DNA from: Mytilus trossulus
Taxonomy: Eukaryota
Length of the DNA: 64,000 nucleotides
Assembly (NCBI RefSeq): GCF_036588685.1
Contig: NC_086375.1
Span: 58,714,001 to 58,778,000, forward strand
Direction: 5' to 3'
Shown: positions 13,165 to 27,210 of the stretch, in pieces
Layout of the letters: every line of letters begins with the position of its first letter
How positions within the stretch are numbered: the first letter of the stretch is position 1
Position numbers and translations under genes: made by a program
The notes under the pieces: model-generated
Told to the model about the DNA's origin: nothing
What the model saw: the letters and a program-made list of their open reading frames with translations, nothing else
The model's database searches: none

Positions 13165-14150
13165 CCGTATGTACCCGTTCCAGCGCTCGGATAATACCCT
13201 GTTACCTATTCGTTACTTATTCGCTATTAATACATTTGTTATACGTTGCACCTTTTAGAAAAGGAATTTCAATTGTGTCCATGTCTCCGATGGTAACAAT
13301 GTGTTCTTAGAGATGAAATGACCCTATTAACGCGCATGTACCCGTTCGAGCGCTCGGATTATACCCTGTTACTTTTTCGTTCCTTATTCGCTTTTAATGC
13401 GCGGGGTATACGTTTCACCTTAAAATAATATTTTTTTTAATTGTGTTCATGTCTCTAGTGGTAACCATGGCTTCTTAGAGATGAAAATAACCCTATTAGC
13501 GCGTATGTTCCCGTTCCAGCGCTCGGTTAATACCCTGTTACTTATTCGTTCCTTATTCGCTTAAAAAACGTTTGTTGTATGTTGCACTATTTAGCAAAGG
13601 TTTTTCAATTATGTTCATGTCTCTGGTGGTAACAATGTGTTCCTACAGATGAAAATAACCCTATTAGCGCACATGTACCCGTTCTAGCGCTCGGTAAATA
13701 CCCTGTTACTTATTAGTTCCTTATTCGCTTATAATACGTTTGTTGTATGTTGCACCTTTTAGAAAAGGATTTTCAATTATGTTCATGTCTCTGGTGGTAT
13801 CGATGTATTCTTACAGATAAAATTACCCTATAAGCGCGCATGTATCCGTTCGAGCGCGCGGATAATACGCTGTTACTGATTCGTTCCTTATTCGCTTTTA
13901 ATACGCGTGGTATACGTTTCACCTTGAAATAAATCGTTTTTTAATTGTGTTCATGTCTCTGGTGGTAACAATGTGTTCCTAGAGATAAATAAACCTATTA
14001 GCGCTTATGTACCCGTTCCAGCGCTCGGATAATACCCTGTTACTTATTCGTTCTGTATTTGCTTATAATACAATTGTTATGCGTTGCACCTTTTATAAAA
14101 GGATTTTCAATTGGGGTAACAATTTGTTCTTAGAGATGATAGACCCTATA
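13165..14150. repeat. About 168-bp satellite-like tandem array, 6 copies
   Basis: GTACCCGTTCCAGCGCTCGG-like starts at 13171, 13338, 13507, 13675, 13842 and 14009. Confidence 0.95.
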
Positions 14151-15099
14151 AGCATCTTCGTTTTTATGGTAATACCCAGGTATTACTTCATGAAAAGTGT
14201 TATTAAAAATATACGACACTAATGTAAAACATGACATGGCTTCAAGACATATCATATTTAGAAATTGATTCAACTCCATGATCCAACCAAGACCATGAAA
14301 ACTGCAAAAATTAAACATGTGTGAGGGTGGGAGGACCTTTATCCGGATTTCGGGATTGACCCGTTAGACATCCGGGAAATCTTTTTTATAAATTTCGAAA
14401 TGATGGGATTTAAATTCATAAAAATTCAGAACCTGAATTTTAAGCCTGGGATTTCTGGTTCAGAACAAAGCGGCAACAACATGATCAAAGAGCAGACAAG
14501 AGCTCTATGTCTATTTTGAGCAAAAGCCAAGTACGTTACTCTTCAACCTTATTTATTTCATATCTTATAACACGTTTGAATGGACAGGTAGAACTATCTT
14601 ATATATGCAAAATATATTTTGTTAGATCAAAAATGTTTGCCCTTCATTTTTATTCTTATAATAATGTTTAACAACAGATCAAGTTTTCTGTCTACAACAG
14701 AAATTGAGGATATCATCTGTTTCTAAGTTGATTATCTGACATAGTGTTAAATCTGGAACATATGCTATTCCCGGGTTTTAGTCACAAAAAGTAGAGAGAA
14801 AAGAAATCTTTCTTTTATACATGTATATTATATAGGTAGTTGCATGTATGCTAATAAGAGCCAATAAGTTTTGATAGCAATTACACAAGATACAAGTCAC
14901 ATGAAAGTAGAATGTATATATATATACTAAAGAGCTGAATTTAAATGGTGATATATATATATATATACCTGAAGATGTGTTTGGTTGGATGAATCCATTA
15001 ACATGTTTCATTGCTTCATTGCTTGCAACATAGAGTTTAACCAACAGTTATTACTCTTGTTGACTAATCCATGTTGAGCACATGGTATGTTTGTATCTT

Positions 15100-17340
15100 C
15101 ATCTTCAATATCCCTTCTTGAACCTTTCATAAATGTAGACTCTGTGGGTTTTGAATCACAAGACTTCTTTTCATTAGTTTTCTTGCTTTCATAAAGTGGT
15201 GGAAGTCCTTCTGATTCTGAAATTCTCTCTTCTTTTCAAATTGTTCCGATTTTAGTTTGCAAGTTTCCCCCTTTTTTATTTTCGGGCCAGGTATTTTAAA
15301 CGGCGGAGAGAAATACTTAAAGGTTGTTTCTCTTGGTTTCTTTCTTTGCCACTTCTCTTCCATTTTGTCTATATCATCTTGTTCTATTTTATTACTGGTT
15401 TCTCCCTTTTTCCTTTCTTTTTCTTCTCAATCTTGGCATCATTCATAGTTGTAAGGCATTCTCTAATTCTACCTCTAATGCCAGTGTGTATTTGCCGAAG
15501 AAATACTCCAGCAGGGCGATGAAGCTTCTTCTTTAATTAGTATAGTGTGTTTACAATGTTTAACCAGTTTTCCACATAGCAGTTAGTGTCTCTTCATATC
15601 AATTGACTGGCACTTTCTGTGAGTAACAAAAGTCCACTCCACAAAGGAAATAAGTACAAATAGGATTCTAGTAAGTCCTGTACTTCAGGACAATAATACA
15701 CATTTAGTTTTAAAGTATCTGTGTTTGTGACTTTTGTTTTCATCCTAATGTTTGCAAAATGTTTATGAAAAGGTGATGGTGCCTTTATAGTTCTCTGTGA
15801 TGACACTGTCTCAGGTTCCTCTTCATCCTTCAAGTCTGTCTCTAAATCATTAATTTCGGCAGGAGTAAGCAGATTTCTTATTTTCTGATTAAAATTTTCC
15901 AATGCTGTATTTACATTTTCGCTTTCATATTCACTTTGGCATACCAAACACATTTTCTCATACAGTGTAGAAGCTGTCTCTAATTTGAAGCATTTTGGAA
16001 CAGTCCAAATACATATGTAAAAAAAATCCACTTCCCCTCTATCCGGTGTTTATTTTGAAACTTTGTTCCGGAATCTTTTAAGTATGTGTGCAGAGCAAAT
16101 GTGGGCCGTAGTAAAAGTTCCTTATGACCTTTGTTGGTAGCTACATTCCAAGCTCTATTTAGATATGAAGCAATGTTTTCTTGGTTAAAGATAATTAGAG
16201 AAGAATTAATCAATGGCAAAGAGAAATCAACTTAGACTCGCAGAGGTTGACAGGGATTTCACCTGTTAAACAATCGTATGCACTCTTGCTTCAATTTAGA
16301 CCGGCCCAGCATTTGAGGATTGGTCATTACTCAACATTTCCCAAATTGGATTTGGTGGATCCTTCAGTTGTGCGCCTTTAACACGAGCTGCATAATAAAA
16401 TACTGCCTTCTCCTTGTTATTTGTCCTTTTAACAACTGACCCTGTTGCGTCTAAATACAGTACTCCTTCACCCAATTTCACTTTTTCTCTAAATATTTTC
16501 AATTGGTCTTCTTTGAAGCAAACAGCAACAAATGGCGAATAGGACAGAAGTTTAATGTATCCTGGGATGTTTGGAGATTCATAGTTATCCTTCATTACTT
16601 CTTGTGTTATAAAAAGATCTCTCCAATCATCAGCATCCAATTTTTTGGCTAAATTGCTTTCATATACCAGGTTACGAAGCACTGCCTTCGAGGATGTCTG
16701 GGTTCTATTCCCAGCAGAATATGCTTCTTCACTCATTTCTACAAGTTTTTGATAGTGGAGATTGCTGGAGCCAATGTTGCTAGCTTCTGTCTTGTACTCT
16801 TCTCTTCGATCTCCAGATAGATGTCGTTTACGACGTTCATTTCTTGGATGACTAACATCGCCTGTTATGTCTACATTCACATCTACAGTTAGGTCTGTAT
16901 CTGATGGTTCTTTCTGTATGGTAAATACAAGTGACAAGCATTTGTCTAAGGTGCACTTTGCTTTGCCATAAAAAAAAAAAGCTGCATTGTTTTTTCTTGT
17001 GTCTTTTCTAGCTACACGATTATAGATGAAGCACAATACACAGGATTGGATATATCTCTCAATTCTTTCATAGAAAATATTTGTCCACTGTTTGGCAAGA
17101 TGTCTTCCTACAAGGGATTCAACTGCTTTTTTTCAACCATTCTGCAGAGTTGAGAATGAATGAGAAAGATGCAGGTGGAACAGCAGTATACTCCTTCTCT
17201 AAATCTGACTCAGAACATTTATCCCTATTTCCCTCCTCTGACATAGCAAAAGGTATATCATCTGGATCACTTACTTCTAGGCTTTCTATGTCAGTATCTG
17301 ATTTATTAGTGTCACCTCCTAAACTTCTCGTGGTAGATGA
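15100..17340 (-). pseudogene. Decayed MULE-like (NOF/Foldback-type) transposase
   Basis: LYLDATGSVVK, HICSAHILK (CxxH), YLFPLWSGLL, RDTNCYVENW and EEKWQRKK motifs across frameshifted ORFs at 16296-17036, 15980-16219, 15594-16031 and 15127-15363. Confidence 0.75.
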
Positions 17341-17419
17341 CTCACTTGAGGAATGATAAGGTTTAAATTTAAATTTCTTAGAAAATATTGGAGAATGTGC
17401 ACGTGGTTCTTCATGAAGT

Positions 17420-19020
17420 TCATTTGGACCATAAAGTTACCAAATTGGGAATGTGCCAAAGGGACAACAACCCGACCATAGTGCAGACAACAGCAGAAGG
17501 TCGCCAACAGGTCTTCAATGCAACGAGAAATTCTCGCATCCGGAGGCGTCCTTCATCTGGCCCCTAAACAAATATATACTAGTTCAGTGATATTGATCGC
17601 AATACTAAACTCCAAATTGTACACAAGAAACTAAAGTTAAAATATTACAAGACTAACAAAGGCCAGAGGATCCTGACTTGGGACAGGCGCAAAAATGTGG
17701 CGGGGTAAAACATGTTTGTGAGATCTCAATCCTCCCCTATACCTCTAGCCAACGCATAACAATACGCACATTAAAATTCAGTTCAAGATTAGTCCGAGTC
17801 TGATGTCAGAAGATTTAACCAAGGAAAATAAACAAAATGACAATAATACATAAGTAATATCAGACTACTAGCAGTTAACTGACATGCCAGATACAGACTT
17901 CAATTAAACTGATTGAAAGATTATGTCTTCATCATATGAATATCAGACACAATCCTCCCTGTGAGAGGTTTAATAGCATGCCATCATAACATATATAAGA
18001 AGAACATAACCCGTGTCATGCCAGCAACTGGTTTATTAATAATAAATGTGTTTAGTTCCGATGCCAAGACCCGATAAGTGAATCAATATTAACGCCAAAA
18101 TATGCAATCTTTAATGACCTGACAACAGTATTGTAACTATATTCCTTCTTAATAAGTAAACTTAAAGGTTTTATTAGCTTCTGACGTGAATAATGACATT
18201 TTTGTGCTGTATAAAGAATATTTCTATAAAATATAGGATGTGAAATACCTGAACGTATAAGAAGTCTGCATGTTGATCTATCTTTACGAATGATGTCCTT
18301 ATACCGATGATAAAATTTAGCAAACGTTTTGACAAGTTTGTGATATCGAAAACCCTGGTGTAATAATTTTTCAGTAATACATAAATTTCTCTCTCGTTAA
18401 AATCTAAAACATTGTTACATACACTAGCGAATCCTACAAGTTGGGATATATAAACACCGTAAGATGGTGACAAGGGAACGTCACCATCTTAAAATGGATA
18501 ATTAATGATAGGAAATGAGAAATCATCTCTTTTATCATAAATTTTAGTATTAAGCTTTCCGTTAATATATATATATATCAGAATCGAGGAAAGGGCAGTG
18601 GTCATTGTTAATATTAGCTTTATTTTTAGTAATTTTAACAGGATAAATTTCTTTAGTATTCATACTGAAGTCGTCATTATTAAGAGCCAAAATATCATCC
18701 AAATATCTAAAAGTATTATTAAATGTGTGTATCAGAAGTTGTTTCGATGGGTCTTTGCTGTTTTTTGTCATCATTGTAATTCATAGCAATACAAAAAAAA
18801 ACGGTCCGCAGAAAGTGGTGCACACTTAGTCCCATTGGAATTCCGATAACCTGACGATATACGGAATCTCTAAAGTGAACAAAAATGTTATCTAGTAAAA
18901 ATTCAAGGGCATATATAGTATCAACGCATGTCCAATTGACATATTTTTTTGTTTGTTTATTGCTACTAAAAAATGACATAAAAGAGTTTGAACATATATA
19001 TTCACATTCTGATTTTTTAT
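17420..19020 (-). mobile_element. 5'-truncated Penelope-like retroelement (RT pseudogene plus 3' tail)
   Basis: FLLDNIFV, YRQVIGIPMG, FRYLDDILALNN, PFLD, YDKRDDFSFPIINYP and YGVYISQL motifs; frameshifted. Confidence 0.8.
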
Positions 19021-19111
19021 ATAAATAGTTATAATGCCCATTTTATATAAATAGTTATAATGCCCATTTTATATAAATAGTTATCAAAGGTATCATGCTT
19101 GTGATTTAATA

Positions 19112-19153
19112 CGCTAGACGAGCGTTTCGCCTAAATAAGACTCATCAGTGACG
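19112..19153 (-). ncRNA. Minimal type I hammerhead ribozyme (one stem I mismatch)
   Basis: CGTCA-CTGATGA-GTCT(TATTT)AGGC-GAA-ACGCTCGT-C|TAGCG; just upstream of, and co-oriented with, the Penelope-like RT fragment. Confidence 0.7.
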
Positions 19154-19890
19154 CTCAGATCAAAATAGTAAGAAAGCCAAACAAGTATAAAATCAATAAG
19201 ATGTGATATGTTTGCAAATGAGAAAACTTCCCACAATAGAACAAATGACATAGAAGTGAGCAACTATAGGTACATGTGCGGCCCTCGTCAATAGGTAAAA
19301 GCCTCTGTGGAATCTCATTTAAGTGCTACCACAAAACAAAGATTAACGAAAAACAATATAAAAAAGGGAACTTCAAAAGTTCCTTCATAAAAATACCATT
19401 ACTGTCGATGGATACAATTTTACATAGAACCGTATTTCCAGCATAAAACACTCTTTTTACATGAACATCATTTGATTGAAATATTATACATAATACGGAT
19501 CCGACATCAAATCAGTTTACCACCTATTGATGCACCTTATGAATAGTTGTAATCGTAATGCTAATCCACATTCTATATAGCAAACGTACAACAAACAATT
19601 TTCAACAATAAACAGGAAAGGAAGTTTACCTACCATTTCTTGCAGCGGCTTTTTGGTTATATGTGTCTAAATGTCGCTTACAACTTTCAAATAAAGGGTT
19701 TGTTTCCTATAGTATGCCGATATTCTTTTCATGTGTTATCGCATTCGATTTGCAACGTTTTTACAGGAATGTTTGTTTTCTCGTTTGAGTTTATAAGAAC
19801 TAAGTTGATTATGGTGAATGATTAGATTCACAGAAACGATGACTGACAGGACATAAGTTGTGAGGAGGAATTCGAAGATTTTGTGGTTGG

Positions 19891-21438
19891 TATGGTGGCC
19901 GCATAAGGCCAGTTCGCGTTTTCGCCTTTCATATTCTATAGGGCGAAGTCGCGAAGTCGAAAACGAAAAAAGGAGAAATATTTTTTCTTTCGGATTTTGC
20001 GTTTTCGCGATATACACATGTATTATAAAATAACATTTCAAATATAATAAGAGACAACTTGAAGACTACAAATTATAAGTCATTCAAATGATTGTCATAT
20101 AAATTTCATATCCGTGGTTTACTTATTTATTTATTTTCATAAATTCCTTTACATTCTTTGTTTCAAATACTCTTACAAGAGTTTTTGTAGTTTTAATTAT
20201 ATTTTGTTTATATACATCTATAATTATTTGCATGTGTAAATTAGTAGATTAATCATGTTTTATTCATGTAGTTGATATTGTATGTAGAGAGCCTTATTGG
20301 AAATGGATTTAATCCAAATGAGTTTCTCTCTTTAAATAAAGATCATGTTATTATTAGTATCATTATTATAATTACTGAACATATTTAAAAACAGATGCAT
20401 TTGTATAAAAAATTGAATGTACAATTTGCTTGAAATCTTATTTTTGACATTTTAAAATATATTTGTTAAATTGACCAGATTCAGTTTCTCTATTTATTTT
20501 TTGTTCATCTGACACGGAGAGAATTGTTGTTTTGTCTACCGCAGTCAACTGTTTATCCCTTGTCCCTTGGTGTCTCCTGTAGATGAACAAATTTCAATCT
20601 TTGAAAATTTGAAATATTAATCAATGCTTTTAGTGATATATGGGAAACACATACTACATTTACATGAATTTTCCTTAAATCCAGGTTACTTTTTTTTTTT
20701 TTTTTTTAAATTAAATGAACATGCGACAGGTTTAGGATATATGTGTCATTATATATTCTAGTATCGTATGACATGTCTTATGATAGCTTCGCAAAACCGT
20801 CCCAATTTTTGTTTGACAAAAATCTAATCTCCGAATTGTATTATTTAAACTTTTTTTACACAAGCTAATTCAAATATTAAAATTTTTGATTCACAAAAAG
20901 AGCATGAAATGAACGGTAATGAATTTAAGTAACCATGTCGATAATAATGATTAATTTCATATATTTTAAAATGTGCAAACTATAACTTCCAGCAAATAAT
21001 ATATTCTAAGGCATTTTTTTTTTACGAATGCTCTGTTTTTAAATTTGTTCATTAATTATCAACAAAGAATGAAAAGAAATTGTCTAATTTATGAAAATAT
21101 AAATATACGTCACAGATATAATATCTATATGCCAATCATTTGAATGACTTTTTCTTTTTAGTCTTGTCTCAATTATATTTATTAAATATTATGTTATAAT
21201 ATATCGCAAAAATGCGAAAAGACGAAATCGCGAAAAGACGAAGTCGAAAACGCGAGGTCGAAAACGCAAAATCAGATAGAAAATATGTTTCGCTTTTTCG
21301 CGTAATAGCCTTTTCGAGTTTTTGCGTTTTTCGCGTTTTCGACTTCGGGTTTTCGACCTCGCGGTTTTGCGTTTTAGTCCTATGGAATATGAAGGGCGAA
21401 AAGGCGAAAACGCGAAATGGCCTTAACCGGCCATGATA
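19891..21438. mobile_element. Non-autonomous DNA transposon with long (over 200 bp) imperfect TIRs
   Basis: TGGCCG..TAAGGCCA.TTCGCGTTTTCGCC..TTCATATT.TATAGG is mirrored at 21375-21438. The inner arm AAGTCATTCAAATGATTG is mirrored at about 21130-21150. Confidence 0.8.
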
Positions 21439-24400
21439 GTTTCCTTTTAATATATTATAAGCTGTTGTAGCTATCGCTAATGCATTGTAACATTATAACT
21501 AGATATAAAATCAATTGCAGTATGATTTATTGTTTTGTTAAAGATGTTCAGAAAATTATAAAAGATTAATTTATTTTCCATCATTAAACAAGAGCATGCT
21601 GGTATCCTGAAGAGTTAAACAATGCAAAGTCAACACAAAACACTTTGAAATGTCATATTTTCACATTATCACTAATGGCATTTCAACAGTTTGACATTTC
21701 AAACTGGAAAGATAATTTGAAAATATCTGAAATTGCACTTCTGTACTTCCATTTAAGTTGTTTTTTCAACTCTTCTGATTGAGATTATTCGACTTAATGA
21801 CAATTAAAACATTCTCAGATGTCAGTCAGCAATGTTATTCAGCACATGATTTTTTTTTTATAGCTGATCAACATAAAAAGTAAAATCACAAAAAAACTAA
21901 ACTCCGAGGAAAATCCAACCGTAAAGTCCCTAATCAAATGGCAAAATCAAATGACAAAACACATCAAACGAATGGACATCTGTCATATTCCTGACTTGGT
22001 ACAAGCATTTTTAAATTTAGAAAACGGTGGATTGAGTCTAGTTTTATAGCGCTAAACCTCTCACTTCTATGAAAAAGGGATGGAAGATACCAGAGGGACA
22101 GTCAACCTCATAAATCGAAAGTAAACTGACAATGCCATGGCTAAAAATGAAAAAGACAAACGAACAAACATAAATACATATGACACAAAAGAAACTAAAG
22201 AATAAGCTAAACGAACCCCACCAAAAACTAGGGGTGATCTCAGGTACTTTAGAAGGGTAAGCAGATCCTGCTCTCCATGACAGTCGCATCAAATTCCGTT
22301 ATATTTACAACGAAATGTTCCTCAGCCTCAACCTTTGAAATCAATGTTTAGCTGTGTTGGAACATTGCATTGTTCATCATCCAACAAAATTGCATTCAAA
22401 CTAGATCTTAAATTTACATTTAGTAAATATTATATAATTCTAAAATGAGAACTCTTAAAAATCTGAAGAAGAAAAAAAACCAGATAAATATATAATTAAT
22501 TTAACATGTAGTCAAAATTTGAAATTTGAATATTAGGTAAACAGGGTTGTGTTACTCAGTCTAGTTAAAACCCAATAAAAGAGATTTCTCTTTCGTTTTT
22601 AAAATGCTCACACGCAAACAAATGTATTTCTCTTGAGAAAGGCTAGACAAAATGTTGTTTGATTTCAGAGGTATAAGCTGATAAATTCTGTAATTCTGTA
22701 CGGTGACCTACAAAATGTATAGTTGTTAATTTGTGTGTCATTTTTGTCTCTTGTGGGGAGTTATTTCATTTTCAATCATACCACATCTTCTTTTTTTTAT
22801 ATAGTATAAGGAGCACATCCCTGTTGATAGTCCGTATAAGGTTATATCTTTATCCCCAAAGTCTATATAAACTATTGGTATACATTTGAATTACATCAAC
22901 ATTAATAATACATACAATACATACATAAACTATGTGACAGAGTAGCTGAAGGTTTTGTAGTAATACACAAACATTATTTTAACATTGTAGGTTCTAAGAT
23001 TAAAAGATCTGAATATAAATTTACCTAACTGACAAAGCTTTTTTACATTGTTTATACTCATTAGTTTAATAAATTTGTACATTTTTTTTTCCAATAATAT
23101 TACTTGTTCTAATAAATGTGAACATGCAAATGGGTAACGTTTAACCCGAGATATGTTTACACTATACAATGGATTAGAGAGTATGTTACTGAAGAAATCA
23201 GGAAACGATCATGTTAGTCACATATTATTATAGTTTGAAGTCGTCCATATATGTCAATATCGCAGTCAACATAAAGACTGTTAGCAGACCTTCTACTTTG
23301 GGTGGTATCTTTTATCTTATTAATAAGTTCACTGGATTACATAAAGTACTAATTGAAATATTCCCAATGTTTAAATGAAAGATCGACTACAATGTTTCAT
23401 CCAACATATAGTTTTCTATAAAAATGAGAAATGTAGAAATAAATGTCTTGTTTCGGGTCATGAAAAATCTTCCTCTATGAAGAACCCGAATTATCACAAC
23501 AACAAAAACACCGCATATGAAATCATCAAAAATCTGGACTTTTGTTCAACAACATATTTTGTTGAGTTGGGTAAACTGATATTTCAGGAGAGACAGTCGG
23601 TATTGTAAAAGGTACTACATTGACTAGAGATATAGGCGGAGGGTTGAGATCCCGAAAAATATGTTTAACACTGCCGCATTTTTGCGCTTGTCACAAGTCA
23701 GGGGGCTCTGGCAACTGTTAGTCTTGTATGTTTTTAATTCTAGTTTCTTGTGTATAATTCGGAGTTTAGTATGACATCCATGATCACTGAACTAGTATAT
23801 ATTAAGATTTAATCATTCAGCATTAAATCAATTTAATAAATTGAGAGTATCGTCTGCTAAACTAGAGTTAACTTTTCTTTAATTTTGACGGACTTAAGCG
23901 TCTTTTGTTAACTTACATTTTTCATAAGCGGTTTTCCCGCTTTTATTTGGTATAAAATTGCATGCTTTTCGTGATTTGTTCATTGCGTGATTTGAACTCT
24001 GAAGGAACACAAAAACCCACCCTATCCCTCCCTTTAGAATATTTTTTTCTGCTGTTTGTTGTATATTTTCAGATATTGCCAAAAGAAGCGTCATGGATTG
24101 GACAGAATGTTTACTGAATACATAGTTTTACTGAAGGGCTGAATTTATCACAGTTGGCGTCTGGTAGCCCAGTTGCCATTTGGAGAAAACATATGATGGT
24201 TGCCCTTCAATGTTTTTATCTTGGACATTAATGAGAAATTGTCGATGAATGCAAATTCGTTGGCCGGTTGATACATAGTTGAACTGTCCTAATAAATCCA
24301 TGACAAAAAATTGCCAAAATTCAAACTTACTATTTGTTGTTTTTTATTATGATCATAAATTAGTTTGTCTTACAATTTGTTCACATTTGTATAACCAAAG

Positions 24401-25413
24401 GTAATCTGGAGTCGTTGGAAATATTACAAGGGATTTCAACGAATTTGGGTTATCTTTTATCTGGTATATCGTATTCCTTAATTGACTTCTGTTGGTTTCT
24501 TTCGAATATTTAATAAATATTCATTAAGGGGCCAGCTATAGGACTCCTACGGGTGCAGGAGTTTCTAGCTGCATTGAAGATCCATTTGTGGCTTTCGGCT
24601 GTTGTCTGCTCTATGGTTGGGTGTTGTCTCTTTGACACATTCCTCATTCCCATTCTAAATTTTACTAATTTTCAATAACTACTCGCCGATTGTTTTTTTT
24701 TTTTTTGTACTCATATAGAACAGAACTCATACATAGTCTTCGCAACACAAAAACGAAAGTTTTGTTTTTATGTTAGCCAATTCTTCTTAATATAATGTGT
24801 TTCACAGTTAGACCGAATTTATTCTACAGAATGTAGTTTAATTGATATATGCATATAATTTCTTTATTTAACCTTCATTACCTTTCAGCGTGCTTAACAA
24901 GATGTGAACCGCATGGATACGAAATTAATTAAAAATTAAAATAAACCACATCTTCCTATATCTATTGACATGTTTTCCTTGACTTCAGAGTGGTTCTTTA
25001 TAAGAAAATTGGCAATGAGTTCGAGAATATTTCAAAATTGTATAGTCTAAAAAAAAAGTCAAGTGTGCTTTACACAAATGTTAATTTTAGTCAATTCAGA
25101 AAAAATGAAGGTCTGATTATTCAGCTTATTAAATTGAACGAAAACACGTTGATGGCAAGCGGGAACGTATTGCTAGAAGACCAAACATAAAGGAATAGTA
25201 CTTGTCTTTCGTGGTCTTACAATAAAGAAAAGGCTTCTTTGGAAATAAAGATGGTGTACGATTAAAGATTGTGTATTTCTAAACCATGATTTTTCAATCA
25301 ATAGAAAGTATGACTGACTTTTTCGACGAAGATCTACATTTTAAATCAAATTGTAAAATTTTAAACTGTAACAGTTTAATTCTGTCAATTTATCATGTGA
25401 CATGTAATGTATG

Positions 25414-26654
25414 GACGCAACGTTAGATATTGCTACTACCACGAAAAATAGCGTTAAGTAAATATTTGAAGGGAAAATTTTTATAGAAATGTTGAAATAA
25501 ATATTTCAAGTTATACATGAAAATAAAGATTGATTCTAAATTTTTCACATTATGATAGAGAAAGAAAAAAAAATTATATTCATAGGCTTAGGAAGACACA
25601 AATTATCAGAAAAAAAACGTTTACTGAGCGTTGTCCCATGTAACAAACTAGAACCATAAAACTCGAAAATTCGCGAAATGTTCACGCAACTCTTCAAAGT
25701 TTTGCATGAACATTCTATGTTTTGATATATTTCAGTATTGGTTAACATGGCTGTCTCCTTTTAAAATTTGCATACATATTTTCAAAAGAATATGATTCAC
25801 AAAAAAGTCCCATCGGAAATTTAATTTGGAAACTTGAAACATTTCAGCTCAGAAATAAGATTTTGACAGACAATTCATTAAATTGTAAGCACGATCGTTT
25901 TGTACTAAGTGTTAGCTCCCAAAATTCGAATTGGGAAATAAATTGAGCTAGATATTCAATTCAAAATAATAAATTTGCAATGTCTTGCGGAAATGTCCGA
26001 GTTAAACTTTCATGCCTTCACAAAACTTTTACGGCCAAACAAACAAAGATTTGATTTCGTGAAGATTATTTTTTGGCTTTGATAACTATACCAATAAAAA
26101 GTACTTTTAAAGTAGAAGTTGGTACATCAAATAGCATTAAGATTACAGGGTAATCTATAAAAAATACAGATTAATGAAAATGTCTTGCAAGTTTGTCCGT
26201 TATCATAATTTGACGTCGCTACAAGCGTAATTTGCTAGGGACGGCATGAACTGCATTCGCGTGTTACTTCCTCCACTAAATATAAATGTCTTGGTTTCAA
26301 CAAAACGAAATGATGCACACATTAAAAAAATACACATCTATTAGACGATCAAAAAGTAAGAAAACTTCAGTACCATAAGTATAAGCTATTGTATGACACT
26401 ACTTGAATAAAATCATACTATTGAATATATAATGCAGCAATATTCCTCCGAAACACATAATTATTAGCAGTAAAATTGAATATTCTATGTTGATTATAAA
26501 ATCATATCAAATTGGATTATCACGACATATACTTGTGTGTTATACTTTTTTCATTAACCCAAAAAGGAAAGCAGGAACAATTAGATAAAGCGCATTTCCA
26601 ATTTAACGTCATTTTTCTGTTACACTAAATGGTAGCAATATCTAACGTTGCGTC
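25414..26654. mobile_element. Non-autonomous TIR element, 23-bp perfect TIR, apparent 3-bp TSD ATG
   Basis: GACGCAACGTTAGATATTGCTAC ... GTAGCAATATCTAACGTTGCGTC, with ATG on both flanks. Confidence 0.8.
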
Positions 26655-26812
26655 ATGATATAAAGGGAAGAAACCGCACTTAAAGTTTTCTTTTCCATGT
26701 ACGAAACATGAAAGACATTTTGTATATTAAAATATATCATTCTTTAACAGATTCTCATTTTGAGGGAGAAAAAAATATTGATACTGTTTTGATTTTTATA
26801 TTATACAATTAG

Positions 26813-26941
26813 TTTATTTCAAGCATATAGCTATTAAAGAAAAGAAGTCTGTGAAAACTATCGATACATTCTCAGCTTAAAATGTCAACCGGAACAGATG
26901 AACCATCTTGTACAGCCATAACGTTGTTTCATTTCCATGTA
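26813..26941 (-). other. Gene A putative non-coding 3' exon (acceptor 26943-26942, AATAAA 26818-26813)
   Basis: Donor AAG|GTATAA 8 nt after the stop; TTTTCTTGTTTACAG acceptor; canonical poly(A) signal. Confidence 0.5.
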
Positions 26942-27210
26942 CTGTAAACAAGAAAATGTGAAGAATGAGAATCATAACAAACTGACAACTTACTTAGTCA
27001 TAAATATAAGAAGATATGATATGAGTGTCAATGAGACAACACTCCATCCAAGTCACAATTTGTAAAAGTATACCATTATTTATTTGGTTTTCTTTTGTCT
27101 TTTTCATCATGATATATTTTTCACTTTTTTCAACCGACGAACTTTTGTAAAGGTCGTTTAAATATCAGTCATAACCTCCTTATACATAAAAGAGACTTAT
27201 ACCTTTAGTT

